The notes under the pieces are model-generated. The model was not told where the DNA came from, did not search any database, and worked only from the letters and a program-made list of their open reading frames with translations. The position numbers and the translations under genes were made by a program. A stretch of 64,000 nt of DNA from Entomortierella parvispora E1425 (Eukaryota; Fungi; Mortierellomycota). Below, piece after piece: positions 49,075 to 61,670 of the stretch. How positions within the stretch are numbered: position 1 is the first letter of the stretch; each line of letters opens with the position of its first letter. The DNA lies in contig BQFW01000013.1 in NCBI GenBank assembly GCA_020891255.1, positions 992,001 to 1,056,000 on the forward strand, written 5' to 3'.

Positions 49075-49788
49075 ATGGTCACGTCCAACACAGTCAATGA
49101 TGAGAACCTCTATACAAAGTACGCGTCCAGCTGGCCGATCCCACCAGGCACGACCCTCCTTGGTCCATTTGAGATTCCCAGCAGAGGGGACCACGACTCG
49201 CCACTCTTTCTCTCTGCTGTTACCGCTGCGGACCTTCCAGAGATAATCCGAGTTCTCAATATCAACAAGGACATTTTCTACAACACCGGGTCCTTCCAGT
49301 ACCCCTACCTCGAGTCCCATGCCGTCACCCGTATGGACAATGTCCACAAATGGCGGCTTGAGTTTGGCTTTAACAACCGATGGGCCATGCGAACATCTCC
49401 GGACGGACCCTTAGTCGGTTGGATCCATTGCTTTCCTGTCCCCAACATTCCCTTCATTCACCCTCTCGAGCCCCACCGGCACGTCAAGATCATTGAACTC
49501 GGTTACTGGGTCAGTCCAGAGTTTAGGAACCGGGGATTTGGGTCCAGATCCGCGCGGTTTGTGGTGGAGGAGATTGGTTTCAAGGTTCTCCATGGTGACA
49601 TTGTGAGAGCCAGGGCCTATGTCGAGAACATGGGCAGTCGGAAAGTTTTGGAGGCAGCTGGGATGCGGTGCGAGCTGGCCAGCAAGAGAGAGTTTGTAGA
49701 CAAGCTGCAGAAGGAGATGGATCTTGCCTTCTATGCCGTGCATCGGGACCCTTCTACCCATCATATCTTGCACGACGGAACAGTTTAA
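49075..49788 (+). CDS. GNAT acetyltransferase, RimJ/RimL type, 237 aa, intronless; tandem paralog of 48112..48789
   Basis: Motifs FQYPYLESHA, RTSPDGPLVGWIH, LGYWVSPEFRNRGFGSR and IVRARAYVENMGSRKVLEAAGMRCEL; aligns colinearly with the upstream GNAT. Confidence 0.9.
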   Translation: MVTSNTVNDENLYTKYASSWPIPPGTTLLGPFEIPSRGDHDSPLFLSAVTAADLPEIIRVLNINKDIFYNTGSFQYPYLESHAVTRMDNVHKWRLEFGFNNRWAMRTSPDGPLVGWIHCFPVPNIPFIHPLEPHRHVKIIELGYWVSPEFRNRGFGSRSARFVVEEIGFKVLHGDIVRARAYVENMGSRKVLEAAGMRCELASKREFVDKLQKEMDLAFYAVHRDPSTHHILHDGTV

Positions 49789-50991
49789 AATAAAATCACT
49801 GTTCTCTAGAGCTACAACCCACCGTGCACAAATACCCTTATCTGCAGACTAAATGCAATAAAGTGATCTGTCAGCAGCCCTGCTCTCAAAAAGTGTACAA
49901 AGCCAACCCTCGGTGAATTCTAATCGTTTGACGCGTGTACTGTGCCTGCATTCTGCCTTGGCGTTGCATACCCGGTGCACAATCACCTGCTGAAAAGAAG
50001 AAGCGGGAAGGCGAATGAAGGACAAGATCTGGGTTTCATAACAAAGAACACTACTGGCGTTGTGGATTCATGCATCTCGGCATGTCTCCCAAAAAAAAAA
50101 ACGACACGGACAGCATCCTGCCATTAAGTCTTGAGAGCCACGCTTGGCTTGAACGGGAAAGTGAATGATGGTTGGACAGAAAACTGTGTGTATGTGTGTG
50201 TGGGTGTCTGTGGCGGGAACTCTTGGCCTTGTTTGCTTTTCATTGTCCGTCGCCTTATCAACATGAGGGCGCGTGGTTGGGAGAAAGGGTCCACTGACCG
50301 TGTCTCCATAAAGTGGCCCCATCATTGGTGTGGGGAAATAAGAATGAAGTATATACTATGTCTTGCAAGACATATTGCAAGGAGGGCTTCTATTGAACTC
50401 GAACTTCCCCTTGACTCTCTCGACTCGGAGCAACTTGACCCGAAAGGAGCCTCTCTTTTTTTTTCTGCACAGAATAACCTCAGCCCTTCTTGTGGCCTGC
50501 TCTGTCCAAGGACAAACAGGACAAGAAAGAGGGAGGATCAAGAAGGACGAGACGATGACTATCAAACACACACAAAAAACAACAAACAAGACAAAAAGGC
50601 GATCGGATTGTACGACCCAAGAGACGAAAGAAAACAAAGAAGGGAACAGAAGAAATAGGACCCGCTAAACGCAGAGGATGGGGCAGGGCAGGGGGGAAAG
50701 AGACAAGGGCAGCAGTGTGGTCTTTATTTCCCGCGTCAGCTGCCCTCTCTTCCTTCTTTGTTCCTTGCCCACCTTCTCCTCCTTCCTCTCAGCTCTTCAC
50801 AAGGTAAGCTTCAGTGCCTTGCATGGCATCTGCTCCCCTCCATCTTCACATGAACTCAGTCCATTCAGCCTGCCATCACTTTCTCTATTTTATTACATTC
50901 ATAAAATTAACCGCGCCCTGCTTGCCGCGTTTTGTTTCTGTACTTTCGTAGGCCTTTTTCTTCCACCTTTCAACATCCACTCAGCAGCAGT

Positions 50992-53458
50992 ATGATGGCC
51001 GATCATTCAGAACTTCCAGCCGAGGAGCAACTCTATCCTGTTCCAGCGCATCTTTTGGACGCTTCCCAGTGCCCCAAACCTTGGGTTTCTTCATTGGAGC
51101 AGTACAAAGAAATGCACCGCCAGAGTATTGAGAATCCGGACGAGTTCTTCGGCAAGGTAAGAAAAGGCCCGGAGAGCAAATTCAAGAAGGGATTTTATTG
51201 ACAGACTGGGTTGCCTTTAGCCTCTGTTTCCAAACTCTGGCGCAAAAAGAAGCCCAGGGAAAAAAACGAAGGATTGGGAGCATTTGGCGTGCAAGGAGAC
51301 AATCATGCGTTCTAGGCCCCCCCCCCCCATCCTCGGGACTCTTTTTTTTTCACTTACCCCCCTGTCTCCTTTTTGTTGTCGATCTTTTCTCAAACGACAA
51401 GAAAAAGAGGGATGCTGGGTCTGTGTGTGTGTGGGAAAAGAAAAAAAAGGGAAAGAGGCTAACAAGAACTTCCTACTTTTTTTGTGTTGCTCAAAAAAAA
51501 GGAGGCGACCGAGCTCCTGTCCTGGACGACTCCCTTCCACAAGGTCCATCATGGTGGATTGCAACACGGCGACATTGCCTGGTTCCTCGGCGGTCAATTG
51601 AACGCCTCTTACAACTGTGTCGACCGTCATGCCATGTCAAATCCCGACAAGGTAACGCTCGCTTTTTCTCCCTGTTCATTTTGATATACATGGCAAAAAG
51701 TATCATTGGTATCATTGCTATAAATTCTAACAAGGTCTTTTGTCGTATCTTGTTCATCAATTGGTGATGTAGATTGCCATCATCTATGAGGCAGATGAAC
51801 CCAACCAGTCGGAAAACATCACCTACGGAGAACTTCTCCGCAGAGTCTGTCAGTTGGCTGGCGCTCTTCGAGCTCGCGGCATCCGCAAGGGAGACACGGT
51901 AGCGATTTACATGCCCATGATTCCCGAGGCCGTGGTAGCCCTCTTGGCTTGTACCCGTATCGGTGCCCTGCACTCTGTCGTCTTTGCTGGATTCTCGGCT
52001 GAGGCTCTTCGTGATCGAGTGCAAGATGCTTCGTCGCGCGTTGTGTTGACGGCAGACCAAGGCAAGCGTGGCGGAAAGACCATTGAGACCAAGAGGATTG
52101 TCGATGATGCCTTGAAGTCCTGCCCCCTGGTCGAGACTGTCTTGGTTGCACAGCGCACCGGAGCTCAGGTTCCCATGAAGGAAGGTCGTGACTTCTGGTT
52201 GGCTGACGAGTGCTCGAAGCAGCCCGGCTACATTGATCCAGAGCCCATGCACTCGGAGGACCCCATGTTCTTGCTCTACACCTCTGGTTCGACTGGCCAG
52301 CCAAAAGGAGTGATGCACACCACAGCTGGTTATCTGCTCGGAGCAGCAATGACGGTCAAGTACGTCTTTGACTACCATCCTGGTGATATCTTCGCCTGCA
52401 TGGCCGATGTCGGCTGGATTACTGGACACACATACATCGTTTATGGCCCCCTGTCACTGGGAGCGACCAGTGTCCTGTTCGAGTCCATTCCCACCTACCC
52501 TACCCCTGCTCGTTACTGGGAAATGATTGCCAAGCACAAGATTACCCAGTTTTACACTGCTCCTACTGCCATCCGAGCCTTGCGCCGATTGGGCGATGAC
52601 TGGACCAAGGGACATGACCTGTCCAGCCTCCGTATTCTCGGAACAGTCGGTGAGCCTATTAACCCCGAGGCGTGGCACTGGTACAATGATATTGGCCAAG
52701 GCAAATGTGCCGTCGTGGATACCTACTGGCAAACTGAGACTGGATCTCACATCATCACTCCTTTGCCCGGTGCGATTGCTACCAAGCCCGGTTCAGCAAC
52801 GGTGCCTTTCTTTGGCATTGACTTGGCAATCTTGGATCCTGTGACTGGCAAAGAGTTGGAGGGCAACAATGTCACTGGTGTCTTGGTTGTCAAGCGCGAC
52901 TGGCCTTCGATCGCACGTACCATCTATGGCAACCACCAGCGATTCTTGGAGACGTACTTGAAGCCATACCACGGCTACTACTTCACAGGCGATGGAGCGA
53001 CGCGTGACAAGGATGGTTACATCTGGATTCGAGGACGTGTTGACGATGTGATCAACGTGTCGGGTCATCGTCTGTCAACGGCAGAGATTGAGTCTGCACT
53101 TATTATGCATCATGCTGTGGCCGAGACTGCAGTCATTGGAGCGAACGACGATGTGACGGGTCAATGTATCCATGCCTTTGTCTGTGTCAAGCCCGGAATT
53201 TCTATCATCCCTGGCCATGCTTCGACTTTGGACCTGTCCAAGGAATTGGTGTTGCAAGTCCGAAAGGTCATTGGACCCTTTGCGGCGCCGAAAAAGATTT
53301 ACTTGGTCGAGGATTTACCAAAGACACGGTCCGGCAAGTTGATGCGACGCATCTTGAGAAAGATCGTGGCGGGCGAGAGTGACTCTTTGGGTGACATCTC
53401 GACCCTTGCCGACCCCTCCGTGGTGGAGGTCCTGATCCAGAGAGTTGCCAAGTCGTAA
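50992..53458 (+). CDS. ACS: Acetyl-CoA synthetase (AMP-forming), about 666 aa
   Basis: Exons 50992-51156, 51502-51651, 51773-53458 (all phase 0). Motifs: [45 protein letters not shown] (AMP-binding), [32 protein letters not shown], and [13 protein letters not shown] with the conserved acetylatable Lys at 53336. Confidence 0.97.
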
Positions 53459-53853
53459 ATTGACCGAGCGTGTGGTGCACCGCTAAGAAAAAAAAAAACA
53501 AAAAAAAAACAAAATACCCCAAACAATCCTTTTTTCTCCACCTCTCCAATCTCCTCTCTATTTATCAGAGTAGCGCGTGCACATCAATAAACCATTGAAC
53601 CAATGAACTCGGAGCCCATATTTGACGACAGCAGAAGAAAGCATTAGACCATGGGTGGCAATGGCAATGATGAGAAATGACTTTTTTATTCTTTCAAGTG
53701 AAGAGGATATATCCGCTGTACAATTTTATAATGATGATAAGAGAAAAAGACAAGATTGGAGGCAAAAAAAGAAGGTCTAATGGTACAGGCAAGATAGATA
53801 AAAAAAAAAAAAATGGATCGGAAACTATCAGTAATTAAATGTAGAAAGGACAA

Positions 53854-53856
<3 letters not shown>

Positions 53857-53902
<46 letters not shown>
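53857..53902. repeat. (AG)23 microsatellite immediately after the Zn2Cys6 gene stop
   Basis: Read directly; lies between the convergent ACS and Zn2Cys6 3' ends. Confidence 0.92.
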
Positions 53903-53906
<4 letters not shown>

Positions 53907-56900
53907 TTATTGCTCCAAGGAGGAGGAGACTGTGGTCGACACGGTGACGGACCCAGAGGAGGTGGTAGATGTGGGGGGAGGGGTGACCGTCTCCTCCTGC
54001 TCATTGTTGTTGTCGTACATGCTCTGGAAGCCGTCATCGTCCTCGTCATCCTGCATCTGCGGGATGTAAAACGTCTGCTGATGCTGGTGTTGGATCGAGG
54101 CCCGATGATGATGCTGCTGCTGCTGCTGCGGTTGTTGTTGCTGTTGTTGTTGTTGTTGCTGCTGTTGCTGCTGTTGCTTTTGTTGCAATTGCTCCAACTG
54201 ACGCTGTTGCTGTTGTTGAAACAATGCGTGCGCATTCAACTGCTTATGACGCTGCATCTGATCCTGCGCACCCTGCTGCTGCTGTTGTTGGTTCTGAAGC
54301 TGTTCTAGATCCAGCTCCATCTCAGGAGAGTCGTTGGCACTAATGTTGATGCTCTGAGATGATTGCTGCTGCTGTTGTTGTTGCTGCTGCTGCTGGGACT
54401 GGGATTGGGATGAAGGCGACCAAGAAAACTCGTTGACTTTGTTTGGGATCGAAAAGGCACCAGCGTGGTTAGGCACCCACAAAGACCGTGACATATCCGG
54501 GTACATGCCCTGCTGTTGCGGTTGTTGCTGTTGTTGCTGCTGATGCTGTTGCTGGAGATACGCCATTTGGGTCGAGGGATCAAACATGTTGGGACCTTCA
54601 GAATGCGAGGGAGTCTGAGGACCGTTCTGACCGCCATTGTTGGAACCACTGGGGGTAGCAGCGGATTGTTGCTGGTTATTCTCACTAGCGAGACTGCCCA
54701 TCAATCGATCCAAGGAGCCCATGTTCTTCTTCATCAAGCTCTCGAGCGACTCATTCATACCCAGTCCAAACTCTGCAAACCCATCTGCGCCGATCGTCAT
54801 GGACGGGTGCTGCTGGTGAGGGTTGTGGTGATGCTGTTGCTGAGCATAGGGTGATGAGCCTTGAGCCATCGCAAAAGGGTGAACTTGTGGGTCTCGGGTA
54901 TCCATCGACTGTTGTTGCTGCTGCTCACCAACTAAATCAAAGCCCGCCATACCATATCCAACAACGCCTTGCATCTGCGAAGAACCAGCTGAATAGGCGA
55001 GCTGCTGCTGTTGAAGCAGGCTCATCGGTCCCGAAGTTGATTCATCCAAGACCGACTGCGATGGTGTCGAAACAGATTCCGCGCGCGCAGAACGAGGAGA
55101 CATTGTTGGTGAGGAGCTCGTCGAAGACGAAGCGGGGACCACCAAGGATCCATAATTGCCAATCGTCGAGTCGGTCGACAATGGGATAGTCATTGAGCCA
55201 ACATTGGACATGGCGAAGGGTTGGTGCTGGTAGGCCATGAAGCCTGCATGACCCTGTTGCTGCTGTTGATGCTGCTGCAACGCTTGCTGGAAAGAGATTG
55301 AATCCCGATGGTGAGCCGCCAAGTTGAACTGCTGTTGCTGCTGCGCGAAAAGGTGAGCTTGGTGCTGCTGTTGCTGATATTGTTGATGTTGCTGAGAAAA
55401 GGCCATGGCTTGATCCTGAGATTCGAATGTTGAAGGAATCTCAAGCGAGGCTGTAGGTGAGGGTGCTGCGACTCTTGGATCCTGACCATACACGGAATGC
55501 ATCGCAGAGTTTGCCATCTCTGGCGTGGCCGAAGAGTTGGTCGAGCTTGCTGCTGGAGTCGTAGTCATGCTGGCATCCTCTGCTCCAGAATTTTGGGTGC
55601 CCACAGCTGCTGCAGAGGCAATGGCTGGAGTTGCAGTCGAGGTAGAGGATGAGGACGCTGCCGATGCGGCGGCGGCGGCAGCAGCTCTGGCAGCAGCAGC
55701 AGACACACGCTTTTTCCTTGTGGCGAGTTTCTTGCTGGCGGCTTCTGCGATCGCCTGAGGCAGTTTGGGGGGTGGTTTCTGACCCGCGAATCCTGCGGCT
55801 ACGTGGGGGCGCTTGGCGACAGTTCCGTTGGCAGCAGCACTAGCTCTTCTGGCCTCGGCTTTGCTCATCTTCTTTACATCCTTTAGGAAGGATTAGCAAA
55901 GGTTGAGTTTGTTAGTACAGACCCTCTCCTCTAGTTTAAACCCCGTCTCTATTGACAATAGAAATAGATCTTTACCTTGGACATCTTTCGCTCATTCTTG
56001 TCCTTGTTTGCAGCATCAGCACTTGCAGCACGCGAGGAAGATTCGCTCGAGAGAGAACCACCTCCCTGAGTCTGGGAGATCAAAGCTTTAGCCAGCTGAG
56101 TATCCTGAACTGATCCAAGCAACAGCTCAATCCGCTTCATACGCTCGATATAGTCGGCTCCAGTCTGGGGATGTTGCCGTTGCTGTTGTTGCTGCTGTTG
56201 CTGCCAAGAATGCTCGCCTTCTTCCTCATGAAGTGAAGAAAGTCCTGAGGGCGCACTATTCGACCAAGGGCGAGCGTCCATTCTTGCTGGGGACGACAGA
56301 GCAATCTTCGAGAGACGGTCCTGAGGAGACAAGATTGTATCCCGATTTGAATGATTAAGCCCATGGGTGATCAACGAAAGACTCCTTTTTCTCTCACGGC
56401 TAGCATCACCCATGTCCTTGGAGGATCGCTTCTGTGGCTGTTGCTGTGGCTGTTGCTGCTTCTGCTCTGGGAGCAAATGACTGAGCGCGGAGCTGCTTCC
56501 CTGAGCAATAAACTCGGCGGCGCCAGGGATGACATTGCTGAGGAGCATCTCGATTCTCCGCATGCGCTCCAAATGTTCCTGGTCTTGGAGATGATTCGTT
56601 GGGGGGTTCTCCAATGCCAACATGCTAGTGGTGAAGGAAGGGGAGCCAGCCAGCGATGACGGCGACCCCAGATGAAAGTCTCTTCTTGAGGAAGGTGACG
56701 TTGAAGCCAATGACGTATCAAAGCCCAATCCTGCCAAACCCAAGCCCGCCAAGGTCAAGGACCCAACCACGGGAGAAAGCGAGGCTTGATCGCTAGCTCT
56801 AGAAGATGACCCGCCATCGTTGTCGTCATCGGAGGAATACGAGGTGACGGAGGAGCTGCTGAGGTGGGAACTGATGCTGCTGCCACGATATGACTTGCTG

Positions 56901-58740
56901 GCCCGGCGCGATCGACCGTCCGAGAGGGTGTCAGCCCGGCTCCTCTTTGTCTTTCCAGAGCCTGGCGTGGAGGGAGATGAGACTCCATCGTGAGCGGCAG
57001 TGTCGTCTGTGGGGGCCTTGTCCTCTTGGTTGTTGTTGTTGCCCAACAAGGCAGCAGCAGGGGAACGGATGCACTCGCGCTTTGAGTGCTGGCACGAATT
57101 GCAAGGCGACTCTCGATCACAGCGGATCTTGCGATACCGGCACCAGTCGCAAACTAGTCAGTGAGAAAAAAAACAGAATAGAGAGTAGAGAATAGATGAG
57201 TAAAGAGAAGCAAGAACCAATTGAACACGCGACCACTGACAACAGCACAATATCCGGCAACTGAGAACAAAAGAAGCAACGATGAAAAAGGAAACGAAAG
57301 GGAAAATAAACCCCGAGCAAAAAAGAAGGAACCAACAGAAATAAAATCAGACGAGCGGTCTAGGACTGAGGTGGGGAGATGATGACGGCGATAATAAATG
57401 AAGCCGACAACCTGTTGCGCCGGCCAATCTAGTGGCAAGGCCAGTTTGGGCGCACAAGAACCCAAAGCTAGTCTCAGTCCGGGGGGACCCTCGCTGCCTC
57501 CTTTGCTGCATGGGCCTTTTCAAGGGTGCAGCCATCCACACGGCAATCACCGTTGGGACATCCAAGAGAGAGAGCAAAGAGCGTTCCTTCCAAAGAAGCA
57601 GGAAGCAGTGTGGGGAAACGATAATAAAATTTTCTCCACCCTGTCCGGAAGAAAAAGGGGGTTCCCCGCACTCGGGTGGAGAAAAAAAAAAAAAAGAACG
57701 GAAACGAAAACTCAACTGAAAGTGAGTACAAACAGAGGGCGCGTGCAGCCGCAAAGGGTGGGGTACAGCGAGTGGGGAAAACACCCTCCCAGTCTTCCGA
57801 AAGCGGCAGGCATTTGTCCGTCGACTCTCTTTCCCTCTTTTTTTTTTTATATCTATCCTTTCGTTTTACCTTGATTCACGTTCAGTCGTTTCCTGTAGGC
57901 TGCACTGTGGGCGGGTTTGAGGGTTTGAGGAGTGGACTTCTTCTTGCCAGAAGCGCTGCTGCTGGTCAGCGAGGGAGGCTGCATCAGTGGCACCTGTGGT
58001 GGCTGTGGATGCCTCAGCTCGACCTGTAGGTTCGGTAATGACATACCAGAGGGGATCTGAAGCTGATGCTGCTGCATGTTCAGACTCAAATTGAGACCCA
58101 GCGCCAGACGATTATGATGCGGATGGTTCAGGTCCACCGCAGATGCAGATCCTGCAGAAGATGTGGAAGGATATGAACCCAGGTGGCCAGAGCCCCCTCC
58201 GGCGATCACTCCACTCATATCCATCATGCTGCCGCCATTGGCTGCCCCTGTGTTGTCGCCAAAGTTGGCCTGGACCAGATCTTGGAATGACTTTTCGATC
58301 AGGGCCGCAGACATGGGCTCGGGCAAGTGTGCAGTGACCAGCCCTTGGGGCAAAGGAGCGGCAGGGGTCAAAGTGTCAACACTGACATGGGACTCGATGG
58401 AATGCTCGGTAGAGGAGGGATGGGAGGAGGCTGTATTTGACTCGGATGCTTCTCTGAGTAACTGCCGCTGCTGCTGATGTTGTTGTTGCTGTTGTTGTTG
58501 TTGCTGTTGTTGTTGCTGTTGTTGTTGTTGTTGTTGCTGTTGTCGTTGTTGTTGTTGTTGTTGTTGTTGCTGATCTTGCTGTTGATCCTGCTCTGGACCC
58601 TGCTGCTCCTGGGGAAGAGGGGATTTTGTGGGCGTAGAGGAGGTGGAAGAGGAGGTGCTGGAGGTGCTGGATGCAGACGAGCCTGAGTTCTTCAGGCTCT
58701 GTTTTGGATCACGAACGCTGGGGAGGCCGGAAAAGGTCAT
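53907..58740 (-). CDS. Zn(II)2Cys6 binuclear-cluster transcription factor, poly-Q rich, about 1340 aa
   Basis: Exons 58740-57870, 57153-55976, 55880-53907 (phases 1 and 0) join three track ORFs. The spliced junction gives RKRLNVNQ/VCDWCRYRKIRCDRESPCNSCQHSKREC, which is C-X2-C-X6-C-X5-C-X2-C-X6-C. The track misses this motif. Confidence 0.88.
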
Positions 58741-61131
58741 TGTGGGGCGTGCGGGAAAGGGGGGTCAAGTTTGGCAGATCGCTGGTACTGGTTCCGTTGT
58801 GGGGTCGAGAGGGTGGGGAGGGATTGAGTTATGAGTGTGGGGTGGGAAGAGGAGGAAGAGACCGACAACACGCGAGGAACAAACGGTATGCTGAAGGTGG
58901 AGAGGAGAGGAGAGAGTGGGCGAAGAGGAATAGAGTGTCTCCTTGCCGTTGATTGCTTAACAAAAAAAACAAAAAACAAAAAAAGGGAAAAGTGGGGACG
59001 AAGGGGAGAGAGAGCGTCAAGGAGAGGAGAGGAGAAGAGGGTGGGCTGCGGTGTAAAGTGAAGACGAGAGGGGGGGAAAGAGAGAGAGAGCGAGGGAGAG
59101 AGGAAGCGACGCTATCAAGCAAAGCAAACGGTGCAACGGCTCACAGGGGCAATGAAAGGCGCTTAAGAGGAATTGGGGGATTGGACTCTGGATGTAAAGG
59201 ATTGGATGGCAAACAGAGGGAGAGACCGGGTGGGGGGGAGTGTGTGAACGACGAACGAACGGTCTTTTTGTTCTGTTTGTTTGTTTGCGTCTGTTTTGTC
59301 TGTCTGTCTGTCCTGTCTGCCTGGGGAGGGATGGACAAGAGTGAATGAATGGAGAGGACAATGCAGGAAACAAAAAGAAAGAGAAAAGAGACTGACCTCC
59401 TCATCTGTCGGGAGAACGATGATGACCCTTTGGGCCCCCGATGAGCAAGCATCTCTTTGACTTTGGGTTTCTGACCTTCGTTCCTTCGGCTCTTTGTCTC
59501 TCAGTCTGTCTGTCTGTCTCTCTCTGCTCGCTCTCTCGTATGCCTTAATGCCAAAAGACTCGGTTCGCTCTCTTGCCTCGCTCGTTCGTCGTTCGTCGCT
59601 GGATCGTTGGATCGGATTGGCGGATCGCGTGGCTCGCGGTTCATGGCTCATGGTTCGGACCCTCGACGCAACCCCTTATTGAACCTTGAGCTCAACTCTG
59701 TTTGTTCTTTGTCCTTGGTTGGTCGGCCGGAGGATCTTCTCTTTGCCCCAGTCTGGATGATCCAGGAACCACCCCCACCTGACCTGTTTCTTTAATTGAA
59801 CGAACAGCCGTTCTTTTCCCTGGCCTCTGTGGGTTAAGAGTCACCAGAGGGGAGTGATTCAGGTGCAGATCAAGGTGTTAAGCCGGTCCTTGAACTTTGG
59901 TCTCTGGCGGGAATTATTACCTGCCTAGAAGGGTGACCTCCCTGCGCTGGGTCAAACAAGAACGCGTCGGCCGTTCTGGAAAGAAAGGAAAAGAAAAAAA
60001 AATAGTTCGGCAGGAACATCATTATCTCACCTCAACTCACTTCACCTCACTCAAAACAGGGGAAAGCACAGATCAGACCAAAACAAGGACCCAAAAGTCG
60101 ACCAACCACTTTTTTCTTCACAACAGCACAAACACAACAGCAGGACTGGTGCTCTTTCCTCCTCTTGCCGACAAAAAAAACGCACAGCAAAAAAACACAA
60201 AACAAAAAGAAAATTGCAGGATCAAGGCGGTGCAGGTCTGGATGTGTGGCAACAAGACGTGTTCTCCTATGGTCTTTTTTTTCGAAGGGGCCGACAGGGG
60301 CCATCATGGCAAGCCACAAATGGCCAAGCCCCCAATGGACCGACACAAACGCAAAACACACATGCAGGACTCGTCAGAGTGCATGGCCTGTACCACTCAA
60401 GGACAGAACCTCCTTGAAGGAACACTGACCCAGATCTATGACTCTGCATGAACCCCATGTTTTTCAGCTCATTTCTCTCCAGTCGGTCAGGTGTTGAACG
60501 TAAATGAGGCTGCCGTCGAGGGTCAAGTGCTTGGGAAATCAAGCATGCGTCGCTCTCGAGAGAAAAGACTGCAGCTTTGCGTTTGTCTTGTGTCCCGCTC
60601 CCTCTTACCCCTGCGTTACTCAAACATACCAGTCCTGCAGCCATATGTCATGAGTAATGGGTCCCCCTCCATTTCATGGGCCTCGACGTTTTTCTCTCCC
60701 GCTCAGCCTTTTTATTGTTCCTGCGTGACCTTTGATTACTGTAGATGGAACCGGGTCGACCCTTGGGGGATAAAGTCGACAGGGAGCTCTCGCAAAATCG
60801 AGCTTGCCGATGAAACGAACTTGATATTTGAAGGGCTCCGCCACGCGGGTTCTGCTTGTCTGCACGACGTAATTTTGTTTCCAGGGCAAGGAACCACATC
60901 CATTGCACGCGGGCGCGCCCTTTCACCTTTCACGCACAAACACCCTCAATTATCAACTCTTGATTGCTCTCAGTTGCTCAAACATGGAGAATGGTCGTGT
61001 TTTGGGGTGAGTAAAAGGGCAATTGCTCCGAAAGCAAGACCACGCTAGATCTCGGGTGCACAGAAAGAAAACCAAAACACTGGCGAAAAAAGGATCCGAA
61101 GAAAGCACAGTATTGGGAATCTGAGCACAGG

Positions 61132-61163
<32 letters not shown>

Positions 61164-61615
61164 GGATGGCGTGCAGATGCAGCACAGGTCGGCGAGGGCT
61201 CAGAACTAGACCATCATCCTCCAAGGGTTGGGCGACTGGGCGGCGGAGAAGGGAAGGGGTAGGGGAAGAGAAGGATACTCTCGGATTGGTCCTTCAGTGG
61301 ATTCCTGCACAAGACCCTTCCTTCCTTTCTTTGTCGCGTCGAAAAAAGGGATACTGTACTTTTTTTTTCTAGCTCAGCAATGCGATGCGCAGATGTAGCC
61401 CTTGGTGTACCTGAAGTTCTCATACTAGATCTATTCTCTTGCCCCTAGGACAAGATCGAAAGAGAGAAGGATGCATCTTTTCCCGAGCAAGACCCATGCA
61501 GTCCATTGTTTGGCTTTCTGTCTCGGCGAGGAGGAAAGACTCAAAAGAGCTTTCCGAACCAACCAACACGCGAGGACGGCTCTTTTAGAGGTATCATGGC
61601 TAGGATAGCATTGTC

Positions 61616-61670
61616 GCTCCCCCGAGACTCCTAGAAAACTAAAGCTCCCCCGAGACTCCTAGAAAACTAA
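61616..61670. repeat. 28-bp direct tandem duplication (GCTCCCCCGAGACTCCTAGAAAACTAAA x2)
   Basis: Copy 1 is 61616-61643 and copy 2 is 61644-61670, identical over 27 nt. Confidence 0.92.

Noticed and set aside
51491-52429. Long antisense ORFs (312 aa here; 302 aa at 24338-25246; 296 aa off-frame at 34863-35753)
   Set aside because: They overlap well-conserved genes and reflect codon bias; no independent motifs.
59246-59594. 11-bp inverted repeat GAACGACGAAC / GTTCGTCGTTC as possible MITE ends
   Set aside because: Short, low-complexity, no target-site duplication and no extended pairing.
61616-61670. 28-bp repeat as a CRISPR-like array
   Set aside because: Only two abutting copies with no spacer, no cas genes, and a eukaryotic context.
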